Assembly: GCA_050331235.1 (NCBI GenBank) | Contig: JBHJHA010000044.1 | Span: 1 to 13,921, forward strand | Source of the DNA: Leptolyngbyaceae cyanobacterium | Lineage (GTDB): Bacteria; Cyanobacteriota; Cyanobacteriia; Phormidesmidales; Phormidesmidaceae | Direction of reading: 5' to 3' | DNA length: 13,921 nt | Shown here: positions 1 to 7,693 of the stretch, one piece after another | Layout of the letters: every line of letters begins with the position of its first letter | Position numbering within the stretch: the first letter of the stretch is position 1 | Position numbers and translations under genes: made by a program | Notes under the pieces: generated by a model | What the model was told of the DNA's origin: nothing | Seen by the model: only the letters and a program-made list of their open reading frames with translations | The model's database searches: none

Positions 1-75
1 TCGCTTCACCAACTGCTCGAGTTCATGGCGTTCGGTTTCGCTCACAATGAGGGCGGGCAGGGCGCGACCAGGCAT
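1..75 (-). CDS. N-terminus (partial, runs off window) of a helix-turn-helix / IS630-family transposase
   Basis: Manual translation from ATG at 75: MPGRALPALIVSETERHELEQLVKR..., open to the window edge. It resembles the 'LSExER.ELE.L.(R/K)R' start of cyanobacterial IS630-type transposases. Not in the ORF track because it is truncated. Confidence 0.7.
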   Translation of the reverse strand, partial: MPGRALPALIVSETERHELEQLVKR

Positions 76-136
76 CAGACTCAGGCCTCTAAAACTGACT
101 CCTTAAGGGTATCTGCATTTCCGCCATGCGGTACTA
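1..136 (-). mobile_element. Left end of a probable IS630-family insertion sequence
   Basis: About 60 nt upstream of the transposase-like ATG the minus strand reads TA|GTACCGCATGGCGGAAAT. The TA at 135-136 fits the IS630 TA target. The partner inverted repeat would lie outside the window, so the boundary is inferred. Confidence 0.55.
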
Positions 137-407
137 GTCTATCTTCATATGTGTGATTGAACGCGTAGCTATTCCACTTCAATTGCTCCTGCTGGAGAGG
201 TTCTTCATCCCGTATCCTCCCATTCTGTTGGCTGATGAACCGGCCGTTTCAGGAAGCGAATTTTGACTTGTCCAGATTTCCTTTGCTCAAAGCGACCGAA
301 TCGGTTTAGCGTAAGATGCAGTCAAGTATTAAACACTTGGGCTGCTGCAACGTTTGTGGTAAGGCCCTCCTTATCCCTTTCACTCGACACCTTTCGACCG
401 TCCCTGC

Positions 408-1379
408 TCAAGAGTTGACGCTGGCAGCTCCTCTCGCCGCAGAAGGTGACACATGATGCAAAGGAGTGATGCCAGCCAAATCCAAAATCTGCGGAATCAA
501 ATCTTCCCGACGAATGGCCATCATATGCACCCCCTGGCACAAGTCTTGCGCTGACTTAACCTGCTCTGCTGCGATTTTCACGCCTGCTTGCAGAGGATCT
601 GGGGCCTGATCTAAGCGCTGAATGATGTGCTCAGGAATCGTGACTCCAGGCACGTTGCGATTAATAAATCGAGCATTTTTGGCTGACTTCAGTAAAAAGA
701 TGCCAGCCAGCACAGGACGATCGCTGCCAATGGCAATTTGGTCCATGAACTTGCTAAGGCGGTCAAAATCGTCAATGAGCTGGCTCTGAAAAAACTGGGC
801 TCCCGCTTCAACTTTCTTCGCAAATCGTCGCTGCAAGCCCGACCAGCTTCGACATTGGGGGTCAATCGCGGCCCCGGCAAAGAGTTGAGTTGGTTGATCG
901 GGCAAAGGGCGATCGCAGGCATCAAAACCATGATTGAGCTGGCGAATGAGTTTGAGCAGACGCACGGACTCTAGGTCGAACACTGACCGTGCTTCCGGCT
1001 GATCACCCGCCTTAACGGGGTCCCCAGTCAACGCCAAAATATTGCGAATACCCAAGGCATGAGCACCCAGCAGGTCTGCCTGCAGGGCAATCCGATTGCG
1101 ATCGCGACAGGCCATTTGGCAAATAGGTTCAATGCCTCGCTGCTGGAGCACCGCCGCCGCCGCCAAAGACGACATCCGCATCACCGCCCGACTCCCATCA
1201 GTGATATTGACCGCATGTACGCGCCCACGCAGTTGCTGAGCCATTTGCACCATATGGCTGATGTCGCCCCCTTTGGGCGGCATCACTTCCGCTGTGATCA
1301 AAAACTCACCAGCATGGGCAGCTCTTTGCAGCTGCGACTCAAAACCAGAAGCAGAAAAGCGGACGTCAGACACAGCCAT
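408..1379 (-). CDS. metF: 5,10-methylenetetrahydrofolate reductase
   Basis: 323 aa with MTHFR-family motifs: ITAEVMPPKG, AVNITDG, CRDRNRIALQADLLGA, NILALTGDP, KKVEAGAQFFQSQ, GVHMM. Confidence 0.93.
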   Translation of the reverse strand: MAVSDVRFSASGFESQLQRAAHAGEFLITAEVMPPKGGDISHMVQMAQQLRGRVHAVNITDGSRAVMRMSSLAAAAVLQQRGIEPICQMACRDRNRIALQADLLGAHALGIRNILALTGDPVKAGDQPEARSVFDLESVRLLKLIRQLNHGFDACDRPLPDQPTQLFAGAAIDPQCRSWSGLQRRFAKKVEAGAQFFQSQLIDDFDRLSKFMDQIAIGSDRPVLAGIFLLKSAKNARFINRNVPGVTIPEHIIQRLDQAPDPLQAGVKIAAEQVKSAQDLCQGVHMMAIRREDLIPQILDLAGITPLHHVSPSAARGAASVNS

Positions 1380-1466
1380 TAAATTTCATGCAACAACAAA
1401 GGACAGTGAGTCTTGTCAGTATATCTTGCGATTCCCGGTCAAGAATGTAGATAGACACGGCTGGGA

Positions 1467-2477
1467 TCAAAGGGGACGAGAATATCCTAGGGCGGTTTTG
1501 GCTTTACTCAAGGTCGCTAGGGCGATCGCTTCGGCCTTTTCTCGACCGCTGCGCAAAATCGAGTCCAAATAGGCGCGATCGGCCATTAGGCCTTGGTACT
1601 TCTCTTGAATGGGCTTTAGCGCTTCCACCATGGTGTCAGCTAGCAACGGCTTAAACTGGCCCCAACCCATATCAGCGCATTCTTGGGCGACGGCTGCTTT
1701 CGATTGCCCTGACAACAGCATGTAGAGCGTGAGTAGGTTATTGCACTCCGGCCTTTCAGGATTGTCAAACTCTAAACCGCGAACTGGATCGCTCTTACAG
1801 CGCTTGATTTTCTTTTGGATAACCTCAGGTGGATCGATTAGGTCGATGCGGCTCATTTCTGAAGGGTCAGACTTCGACATCTTCTTAGTGCCATCAGTCA
1901 AGCTCATAACCCGGGCCCCCGCCTTCTGAATCATCGGCTCAGGGACTTTGATGATGGGGTCTTCTTCACTGCCGTACTGAAAGTTAAAGCGATTAACAAT
2001 GTCGCGGGTCAGTTCCACATGTTGCTTTTGATCTTCACCTACGGGCACTAAATCAGGCTCATAAAGCAAAATGTCTGCTGCTTGTAGCACCGGATAGTCA
2101 AACAATCCCACCGTGACGTTTTCGCCCTGCTTTACCGCCTTCTCTTTGAACTGGATCATTCGCTCCAACCAGTTTAGGGGAGTCACGCAGTTGAATAACC
2201 AAGCCAACTCGCTGTGGGCAGAAATGTGGGACTGCACAAACACCGTGGACTTCTGAGGATCGATGCCGCAGGCTAGGTAAGTCGCCGCTACCTTAAACGT
2301 GTCTTCCGCTAGATTTTGTGGATTATGGGGCACTGTAATCGCGTGCAGATCGGCCATAAACAAGAAGCTGTCATATTCCTCCTGCAGCGTGACCCAGTTG
2401 CGAATGGCCCCTAGATAGTTGCCCAGATGCAGGTTGCCCGTCGGTTGGATGCCGGAAAGAATACGGTTCTTGCCCAT
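1467..2477 (-). CDS. trpS: Tryptophan--tRNA ligase
   Basis: SGIQPTG.LHLGNYLG (HIGH motif), ADLHAIT, YPVLQAADIL, VPVGEDQKQH, KMSKS. Start moved from 2534 to ATG 2477 (MGKNRILSG), the usual TrpRS N-terminus. Confidence 0.97.
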   Translation of the reverse strand: MGKNRILSGIQPTGNLHLGNYLGAIRNWVTLQEEYDSFLFMADLHAITVPHNPQNLAEDTFKVAATYLACGIDPQKSTVFVQSHISAHSELAWLFNCVTPLNWLERMIQFKEKAVKQGENVTVGLFDYPVLQAADILLYEPDLVPVGEDQKQHVELTRDIVNRFNFQYGSEEDPIIKVPEPMIQKAGARVMSLTDGTKKMSKSDPSEMSRIDLIDPPEVIQKKIKRCKSDPVRGLEFDNPERPECNNLLTLYMLLSGQSKAAVAQECADMGWGQFKPLLADTMVEALKPIQEKYQGLMADRAYLDSILRSGREKAEAIALATLSKAKTALGYSRPL

Positions 2478-2584
2478 AGCGAAGAAAAATATCAGTCTGT
2501 ATACTCTGTTAACGATTGTATAAGAAGCTATCAAGCATTTTATCGATGCTGCTTGATTTCTGTTGTCGAGAGTAAATTGCCCCC

Positions 2585-2887
2585 ATGAATACGTCTTTAT
2601 CAGAATCTCCCGTAAAAACTCTGGAAACCGCTATTGGCCTAGCTCATAACGAAGCAACTGCCGAAGCAGCTCACGCTGCTTTTCATGAGCTGCTTGAAGC
2701 GGTGAGGGCCGAAAATCCTCAAATGGCATCGATGTTACAGCTGCTCTGGCGTGAGTACGTGACCACCCAGCGCTCAGTCAACTTTTGGCAAGAACTTTGT
2801 CAAGTTGAAAAACACCTTTCAGAGCGCATCACCGAAAACCATATTCAACTTCGCCAAAATTACCTACGGCTCATGCAAGAGCAGTAA
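2585..2887 (+). CDS. Hypothetical helical protein (100 aa), divergent from trpS
   Basis: ATG start, protein-like composition, coiled-coil-like C-terminus (LSERITENHIQLRQNYLRLMQEQ), followed by an intrinsic terminator. No family recognised. Confidence 0.8.
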   Translation: MNTSLSESPVKTLETAIGLAHNEATAEAAHAAFHELLEAVRAENPQMASMLQLLWREYVTTQRSVNFWQELCQVEKHLSERITENHIQLRQNYLRLMQEQ

Positions 2888-2994
2888 ATTTGGGATTTAC
2901 CATTAGGCTCTCCCGTCGAGCATGCTGGCATGGCGATCGCCTACTCCGGGTCTCTGCCAGCATCGCGGCGTCTAGTGGTGCGTAGATATGGCTG

Positions 2995-3030
2995 GGCAAG
3001 CTGGAATTTTCTTTAGCTTGCCTTTATTTT
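2995..3030 (+). terminator. Rho-independent terminator
   Basis: Stem GGCAAGCT (2995-3002) / AGCTTGCC (3015-3022), extendable by two G-U pairs, followed by TTTATTTT. About 110 nt after the stop of 2585..2887. Confidence 0.7.
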
Positions 3031-3808
3031 CTGCCATTCGGTGGGCTTGCCGACGCGATCGCTGTCACACCACATTTCTAAGCCCAGATTCTAATCTCTA
3101 AAATTAATGTTGCGTCCATTTCCGGAAAAGGTTGGAGCGGCGTGAAGTTGGATAAAGCTGTTTCAGGTTAATGGCTCTTTGACGAAGCTAGAGTTGCTCA
3201 CAGGTTGGCTACGGATGGATGGCCGAAACTGAAGCCGACGCCCCTGCGACCAGGATGTGGGGAAACTCGTACATGTCTAGGCTGGCCATCGCCTGATCTG
3301 CTGCCGCCAATAGACCTACGGTGCAAGGCCATCTTCATCGCTGTGATTCGGTCCTAGCTCCGCTACATAAGTTTCTTAAAAGAGCTATTACATAATTCTA
3401 CTGATACGCAGATTCCGTATTTTCCGACAGACGATTTTTGTTTAATTCAGTATTATCTACTAGGCTGAGTTGTAAAGAGCCTGAACCGAACAGAGAATAG
3501 GATAAAGGCCCGGCAGCAGAGCCTTTTCCTTCCTGAAGGTAATCCCAACTGAAGATTCAACGACGATATTTAAGCAATAATAAATACATATGCACTGCGA
3601 TTTTTATCGTTTTGCGTTAACTTACTTGGGTTTATGCTGAATATTGGGTTTGCTCGGTTCCCTTTACCCTCAGTACTGACCTCATTGAGGGGTATTACCA
3701 CTACTGAAAAGGATATTGATGTAGATGAATCGATAAATTGGTCAAGTTTTCCGATTTTTTTGATATGACATTTTCCTAGGATGTAGATATCGAACGGGAC
3801 ATCTACAA

Positions 3809-4159
3809 ATGAACATGTTGACAACTTCATCAACTCCTTCTTCTATTAGTTCTGGTGTATCTGGTAGCCACGAATCTCTGGCAGCGCTTTACCAAAACAT
3901 GCAGGCAGAGGTACATTTACAGCAATATCGGATTGAACAACAACAACAAGAGATTCGATTGCTCAAAGACAAAGTACAAGCGCTAGAGCTACATAAGGCA
4001 ACGCAACTAGGACAAGACAAAATCGTTGGATTTATGGTGGGGGCGATCGTTCTCTCCTTACTCAGCTTGGCTACGTCAATATTCTTTTCACCTGCCGAGC
4101 AGACACAGCTTAGCCTAGACTCTCAGGACTACTTGGAAACTTTGATGCTGATAGGCTAG
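3809..4159 (+). CDS. Hypothetical protein with coiled coil and one transmembrane helix (116 aa)
   Basis: Ser-rich N-terminus, heptad/Gln-rich segment (LQQYRIEQQQQEIRLLKDKVQALE), hydrophobic span IVGFMVGAIVLSLLSLATSIFF. Start could be 3809 or 3815. Confidence 0.7.
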   Translation: MNMLTTSSTPSSISSGVSGSHESLAALYQNMQAEVHLQQYRIEQQQQEIRLLKDKVQALELHKATQLGQDKIVGFMVGAIVLSLLSLATSIFFSPAEQTQLSLDSQDYLETLMLIG

Positions 4160-4263
4160 ACAAACTTCTTACTGTCGGTTGCTCAATTTAGCTATCCAAC
4201 CTATTGAGCTTAGGCTATCCAATCATATAAAGCGGTTTAAAATTACCTTTGAGTTTTTTGCCG

Positions 4264-4518
4264 TCATTTAGCTTTGCTAATACTCCCGAATACCGTTGAC
4301 CTGATATCTCGGTGCATGCAATGGGAGTGACATTTAGAAAAAAATGAATATGGCACTCTCCCTGTAATACTTGACTGTATTTTCAGGGATTTTTTTTGCG
4401 GCTTTTCGACAGGAATCGAACTGGGTTTCTGAAGTTCCTGTAGGTTGTCAGGCAGCAAATCAAGGAGGGCCCAGTTTCTGACAGCTGACATGTCGGCGTC
4501 GCTCCAAGATGACTGCAT
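4264..4518 (-). CDS. Possible small hypothetical protein (84 aa)
   Basis: Fills otherwise empty space, has an ATG start and GGAG 12 nt upstream. No recognisable motif; may be spurious. Confidence 0.3.
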   Translation of the reverse strand: MQSSWSDADMSAVRNWALLDLLPDNLQELQKPSSIPVEKPQKKSLKIQSSITGRVPYSFFSKCHSHCMHRDIRSTVFGSISKAK

Positions 4519-4654
4519 TTGCTCAGCCGTCTCCGGCTACGGGTAGGGTATCAGGTTTATCGGTCAATATTTTAATGATTTAGATAGGCATGAAACGACA
4601 CATCACAGGGGATGATGGAATAAAGTCTAAAAACGTCTGCCAAAGGGAGGTCTC

Positions 4655-5509
4655 GTGCTGTTTTTTAATCTGTTTTTTGTGTTCTTGATCGTCTCTTCTA
4701 TTCAGCCCCTATTTCAGAAACGAATCGTGGCAAATAAACGGTTGACCTCACTCAGAACCTTTGAGCAGCAACGCGGTAGCCGAGCAATCTTGATGATTCA
4801 CCGTCAAGAGTCGATTAGCCTACTGGGCATCCCGATTTCTAAATTCATCAACATCGAAGACTCAGAACAGATCTTACGAGCGATTCGTCTGACGCCACCG
4901 GAGACCCCTATTGACTTGATTTTGCATACCCCTGGCGGGTTGGTGCTCGCTACGGAACAAATTGCTCGAGCCTTAATTCGCCATCGTTCTAAAGTGACCG
5001 TGTTCGTACCGCACTATGCCATGAGCGGCGGCACGATGTTGGCTATGGCCGCAGACGAAATTGTGATGGATGAGAATGCTGTTTTGGGGCCGGTAGATCC
5101 CCAACTGGGCAATGTAGCTGCTGCCAGTGTATTGAAAGTCTTAGAAGAAAAGCCCATTGATAAAATTGACGACCAAACATTGGTGACAGCCGATGTGGCC
5201 CGCAAGGCGATCGCCCAAGTCAAAAGCTTTGTCCGAGCCCTCCTAGAAGACACTGTGCCCGAACAAAAAGTTGAACCCCATAAAATTGACGCGATTATTG
5301 ACCGTCTGACAACGGGCCAAGTCACCCATGACTATCCCATTACGGTAGAAGAAGCTGAGTCGTTAGGATTACCGGTGACGGTCGGCCTTCCGAGGGAAAT
5401 TTATAACTTGATGGAGCTTTACCCACAGCCTATGACGGGACGTCCCTCGGTACAGTACATTCCGCTGCCTTATCAAACACCATCAACACCACCGACAAAG
5501 GTTGAGTAG
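4655..5509 (+). CDS. SDH-family (SDH_sah/DUF114) Clp-fold serine protease with N-terminal membrane anchor
   Basis: GGGAGG RBS at 4645-4650 before GTG. Motifs IHRQE, IDLILHTPGG, AMSGGT (Ser), LGPVDPQ (Asp), THDYPI (His). Hydrophobic N-terminus. Confidence 0.9.
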   Translation: MLFFNLFFVFLIVSSIQPLFQKRIVANKRLTSLRTFEQQRGSRAILMIHRQESISLLGIPISKFINIEDSEQILRAIRLTPPETPIDLILHTPGGLVLATEQIARALIRHRSKVTVFVPHYAMSGGTMLAMAADEIVMDENAVLGPVDPQLGNVAAASVLKVLEEKPIDKIDDQTLVTADVARKAIAQVKSFVRALLEDTVPEQKVEPHKIDAIIDRLTTGQVTHDYPITVEEAESLGLPVTVGLPREIYNLMELYPQPMTGRPSVQYIPLPYQTPSTPPTKVE

Positions 5510-5666
5510 CCAACAGCTAAGTGTTTTTGCTGGCTGACTGCCGACATCTATTATTGCGGTCTATAGTGGGTAGGCAAATCCTATGGGCGAATTTTCCTAC
5601 CGTTTGCCGATGGATGGTGGTTAAATTAAACCGAACCTTGTCTCGACGACGTTAGGAGTCAGCACT

Positions 5667-6032
5667 ATGCGACAGATCAACTTTGTCGTTATTTTCGTTA
5701 TTTCTCTCGCGCTGGTTTTATTTGGCATCGAAAATACAGATCCTACAGTCATCCATGTGGTGCAAGGGGTTGATTTAGAAGCCCCCCTCTGCGTGGAGTT
5801 GATTGTCGCCATGGGGATTGGCGCTGTTTTGGCTTGGGTGTTTAGCGTTTGGGTACAGGTACAGGGCTACTTGGGCTCAGGCAAGCAAATTGCCCAACGC
5901 GAAGTTCGTATTCAAGAATTAGAGCGGGACGTCGTACGGTATCGGGCGGAGTTGGAAGACCAACAGCCGATGCTGCCAGCTTCTAAAAATGGCGATGGTG
6001 AATCGGAGTCAACCGAAGCATATGCAGGGTAA
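5667..6032 (+). CDS. LapA-family (DUF1049) membrane protein
   Basis: AGGAG RBS at 5654-5658. TM1 ending in ..FGIEN, short loop, TM2 (APL.VELIVAMGIGAVLAW), then a C-terminal coiled coil; this is the LapA/DUF1049 layout. Confidence 0.82.
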   Translation: MRQINFVVIFVISLALVLFGIENTDPTVIHVVQGVDLEAPLCVELIVAMGIGAVLAWVFSVWVQVQGYLGSGKQIAQREVRIQELERDVVRYRAELEDQQPMLPASKNGDGESESTEAYAG

Positions 6033-6041
6033 AAATGTAGT

Positions 6042-6905
6042 ATGGCCGTTTCCCTTGCCCAAAGCGCAATTGCCTTTTTAATTGATTTGGCTGAGCAAGG
6101 TGAAATCGATCCTTGGGACGTCAAAGTTATCGACGTGATTGACCGTTTTCTCAAGACGCTGAAAACGGACCCCGTAGCTTTGCCGGAGGCTGGGCGATCG
6201 CCCTATGAGGCGAGTCTGTCCGAGTCTGGCAAAGCTTTTCTGTATGCGTCGATGCTGGTTTTGCTCAAGGCTGATACGTTAGTGCGGGCTGAGGTTGAGG
6301 AAAATCCGGAAGAGTTGGAGGCAGATGCCTTTCTCGAGGAGGCAGACGATTTAATGCAGATGCCGCTGCCACGTAACTTAGAGCAGCATTTACATCGGCG
6401 CGCGATCGCCCCGCCGCCGGAGCGTCGTCAAGTTACCCTCAACGAACTGATCGAGCAACTCGAAACTATCGCAGCGGTAATTTCTGAGCAGCCTGCTCGC
6501 GCTCGTACCCGTCGCGCCAATCCGGTGCCAAAGCGCCATGCCGTGAGGGCTATCACGCAACTTGCCCACCAAGAAAATCTATCTGAGATTGCCGATGCTT
6601 TGGAAGGTTTTTTGGATCAATATTGGGATGAAATTGACGGCACACTGAATTGGATTAACTTTGAGGAACTGCTGTTTGAGTGGCCCAAACACCGACCAGC
6701 CGAAGAGAATCATGGCTCTGACTCCCCAGAGGCGGAGGCCATTCATGAAAAGGTTGGGGTATTTTGGGGGCTGCTCTACTTGTCTGCTCAATCGAAGGTA
6801 GAACTTTCCCAGGAAGAACTCTATGGGGAACTGTGGGTCAAAAACCTTAAGCGGGCTGCCGATGCCGAAGCAACCGATATCCCGCCCCACGTTTTACCGG
6901 ACTAA
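6042..6905 (+). CDS. scpA: Segregation and condensation protein A (SMC kleisin)
   Basis: GEIDPWDV.VI.VID.FL, AFLYASMLVLLKAD, R.VTL.ELIEQL, and C-terminal winged helix VFWGLLYLSAQSKVELSQEELYG. Starts 9 nt after the LapA-family stop. Confidence 0.88.
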   Translation: MAVSLAQSAIAFLIDLAEQGEIDPWDVKVIDVIDRFLKTLKTDPVALPEAGRSPYEASLSESGKAFLYASMLVLLKADTLVRAEVEENPEELEADAFLEEADDLMQMPLPRNLEQHLHRRAIAPPPERRQVTLNELIEQLETIAAVISEQPARARTRRANPVPKRHAVRAITQLAHQENLSEIADALEGFLDQYWDEIDGTLNWINFEELLFEWPKHRPAEENHGSDSPEAEAIHEKVGVFWGLLYLSAQSKVELSQEELYGELWVKNLKRAADAEATDIPPHVLPD

Positions 6906-7185
6906 GACCGCCAACTTTGAGGCTATGCCTACCTCAACGCGACAAATCGGATGCGACCAGACTTGCTAAGACCTACCTCGTGGGCATGGCTCCATTGTCA
7001 TGGCCAAATTTCAAGTGATTTGCTATCCCCTCAGGGCACTGGTGCAGACCGACGCAGATGCTGATGGGATTTTGTCGCAAGGTAACGTTTGTGTTGCAAC
7101 TCTATAAGCAAATCACCCAGATTTTGAATTCGTGGCTAAGCTATTGCAAATGGTTGCGATGATCCCCAACGGCCAGGCCCTCACC

Positions 7186-7377
7186 ATGAGTCAGCAAAGC
7201 CAATTGATCGAATTTTTGCGTCAAGAGCTAGCCCTGCCGGCGGAGGCGATCGCGCTGGGCTTGCGGCGTTCTGCTGCCTCGCCAGGTCTACTGCCGATTG
7301 TGCTGTGGCAATACGGTTTGATCACGACCCATCAGCTCGACCAAATTTATGATTGGTTAGAAACGAGCGTCATATAG
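7186..7377 (+). CDS. DUF2949-family small protein
   Basis: LIEFLRQELALP.EAI.LGLR...LPIVLWQYGLIT..QLDQIYDWLE matches the cyanobacterial DUF2949 pattern. ATG 7186 preferred over GTG 7132. Confidence 0.85.
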   Translation: MSQQSQLIEFLRQELALPAEAIALGLRRSAASPGLLPIVLWQYGLITTHQLDQIYDWLETSVI

Positions 7378-7693
7378 CACTTCCGATGATGTGCGCATGT
7401 GGTGAAGCACCAAGCTACTCAGAGGTCTTGGTCATTCAGTTCAGCCGAGTTGTCATCGGAGCAGGGCGACTAAACTGCATTGACGATTTTAGCGAGCAGT
7501 CTCCATAGCCATACATCCATGGAGACTACATACTCCTTTGTTCCCTTTAGATTTAGCCGGAGGAGGGCTGCAAAGGGATACAGACTTTATTTGGTCTCAG
7601 TTCGGGTCGAGTCAAACCCGATGGTGATCTTCCCTTGAGAGACTTAATCGCTCGATAGGGCTGTCAGAGTGCTTGATTGCGAATTCACGTTAT

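Noticed and set aside
322..1929. Short ORFs overlapping metF and trpS (322..540, 689..931, 738..974, 1059..1382, 1261..1572, 1729..1929)
   Set aside because: Antisense or alternate-frame shadows of well-supported genes, with no motifs.
3064..3076. TCACACCACA, resembling the Yfr1 sRNA core
   Set aside because: It lacks the ACTCCTCACAC motif and flanking stems, and is not in the guaB-trxA context.
3287..3313. Minus-strand peptide LLAAADQAM, resembling the GGDEF C-terminal 'LL..AD.AMY' motif
   Set aside because: Only 9 residues, no GGDEF motif upstream, and an in-frame stop 7 codons before it. Too little to call a pseudogene.
3570..3833. 87-aa minus-strand ORF
   Set aside because: It overlaps the start of the more plausible ORF 3809..4159 head-to-head and reads like translated AT-rich promoter DNA.
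4181..4222. GCTCAAT/ATTGAGC stem and GCTATCCAA repeated twice after ORF 3809..4159
   Set aside because: Weak stem with a large loop and no U-tract, and only two short copies. Not callable as a terminator or array.
5568..5608. GGCAAA-containing hairpin upstream of the LapA-family gene as a c-di-GMP-I riboswitch
   Set aside because: No GAAA tetraloop or GACGCAAAG core. It is just a GGTAGG/CCTACC stem.
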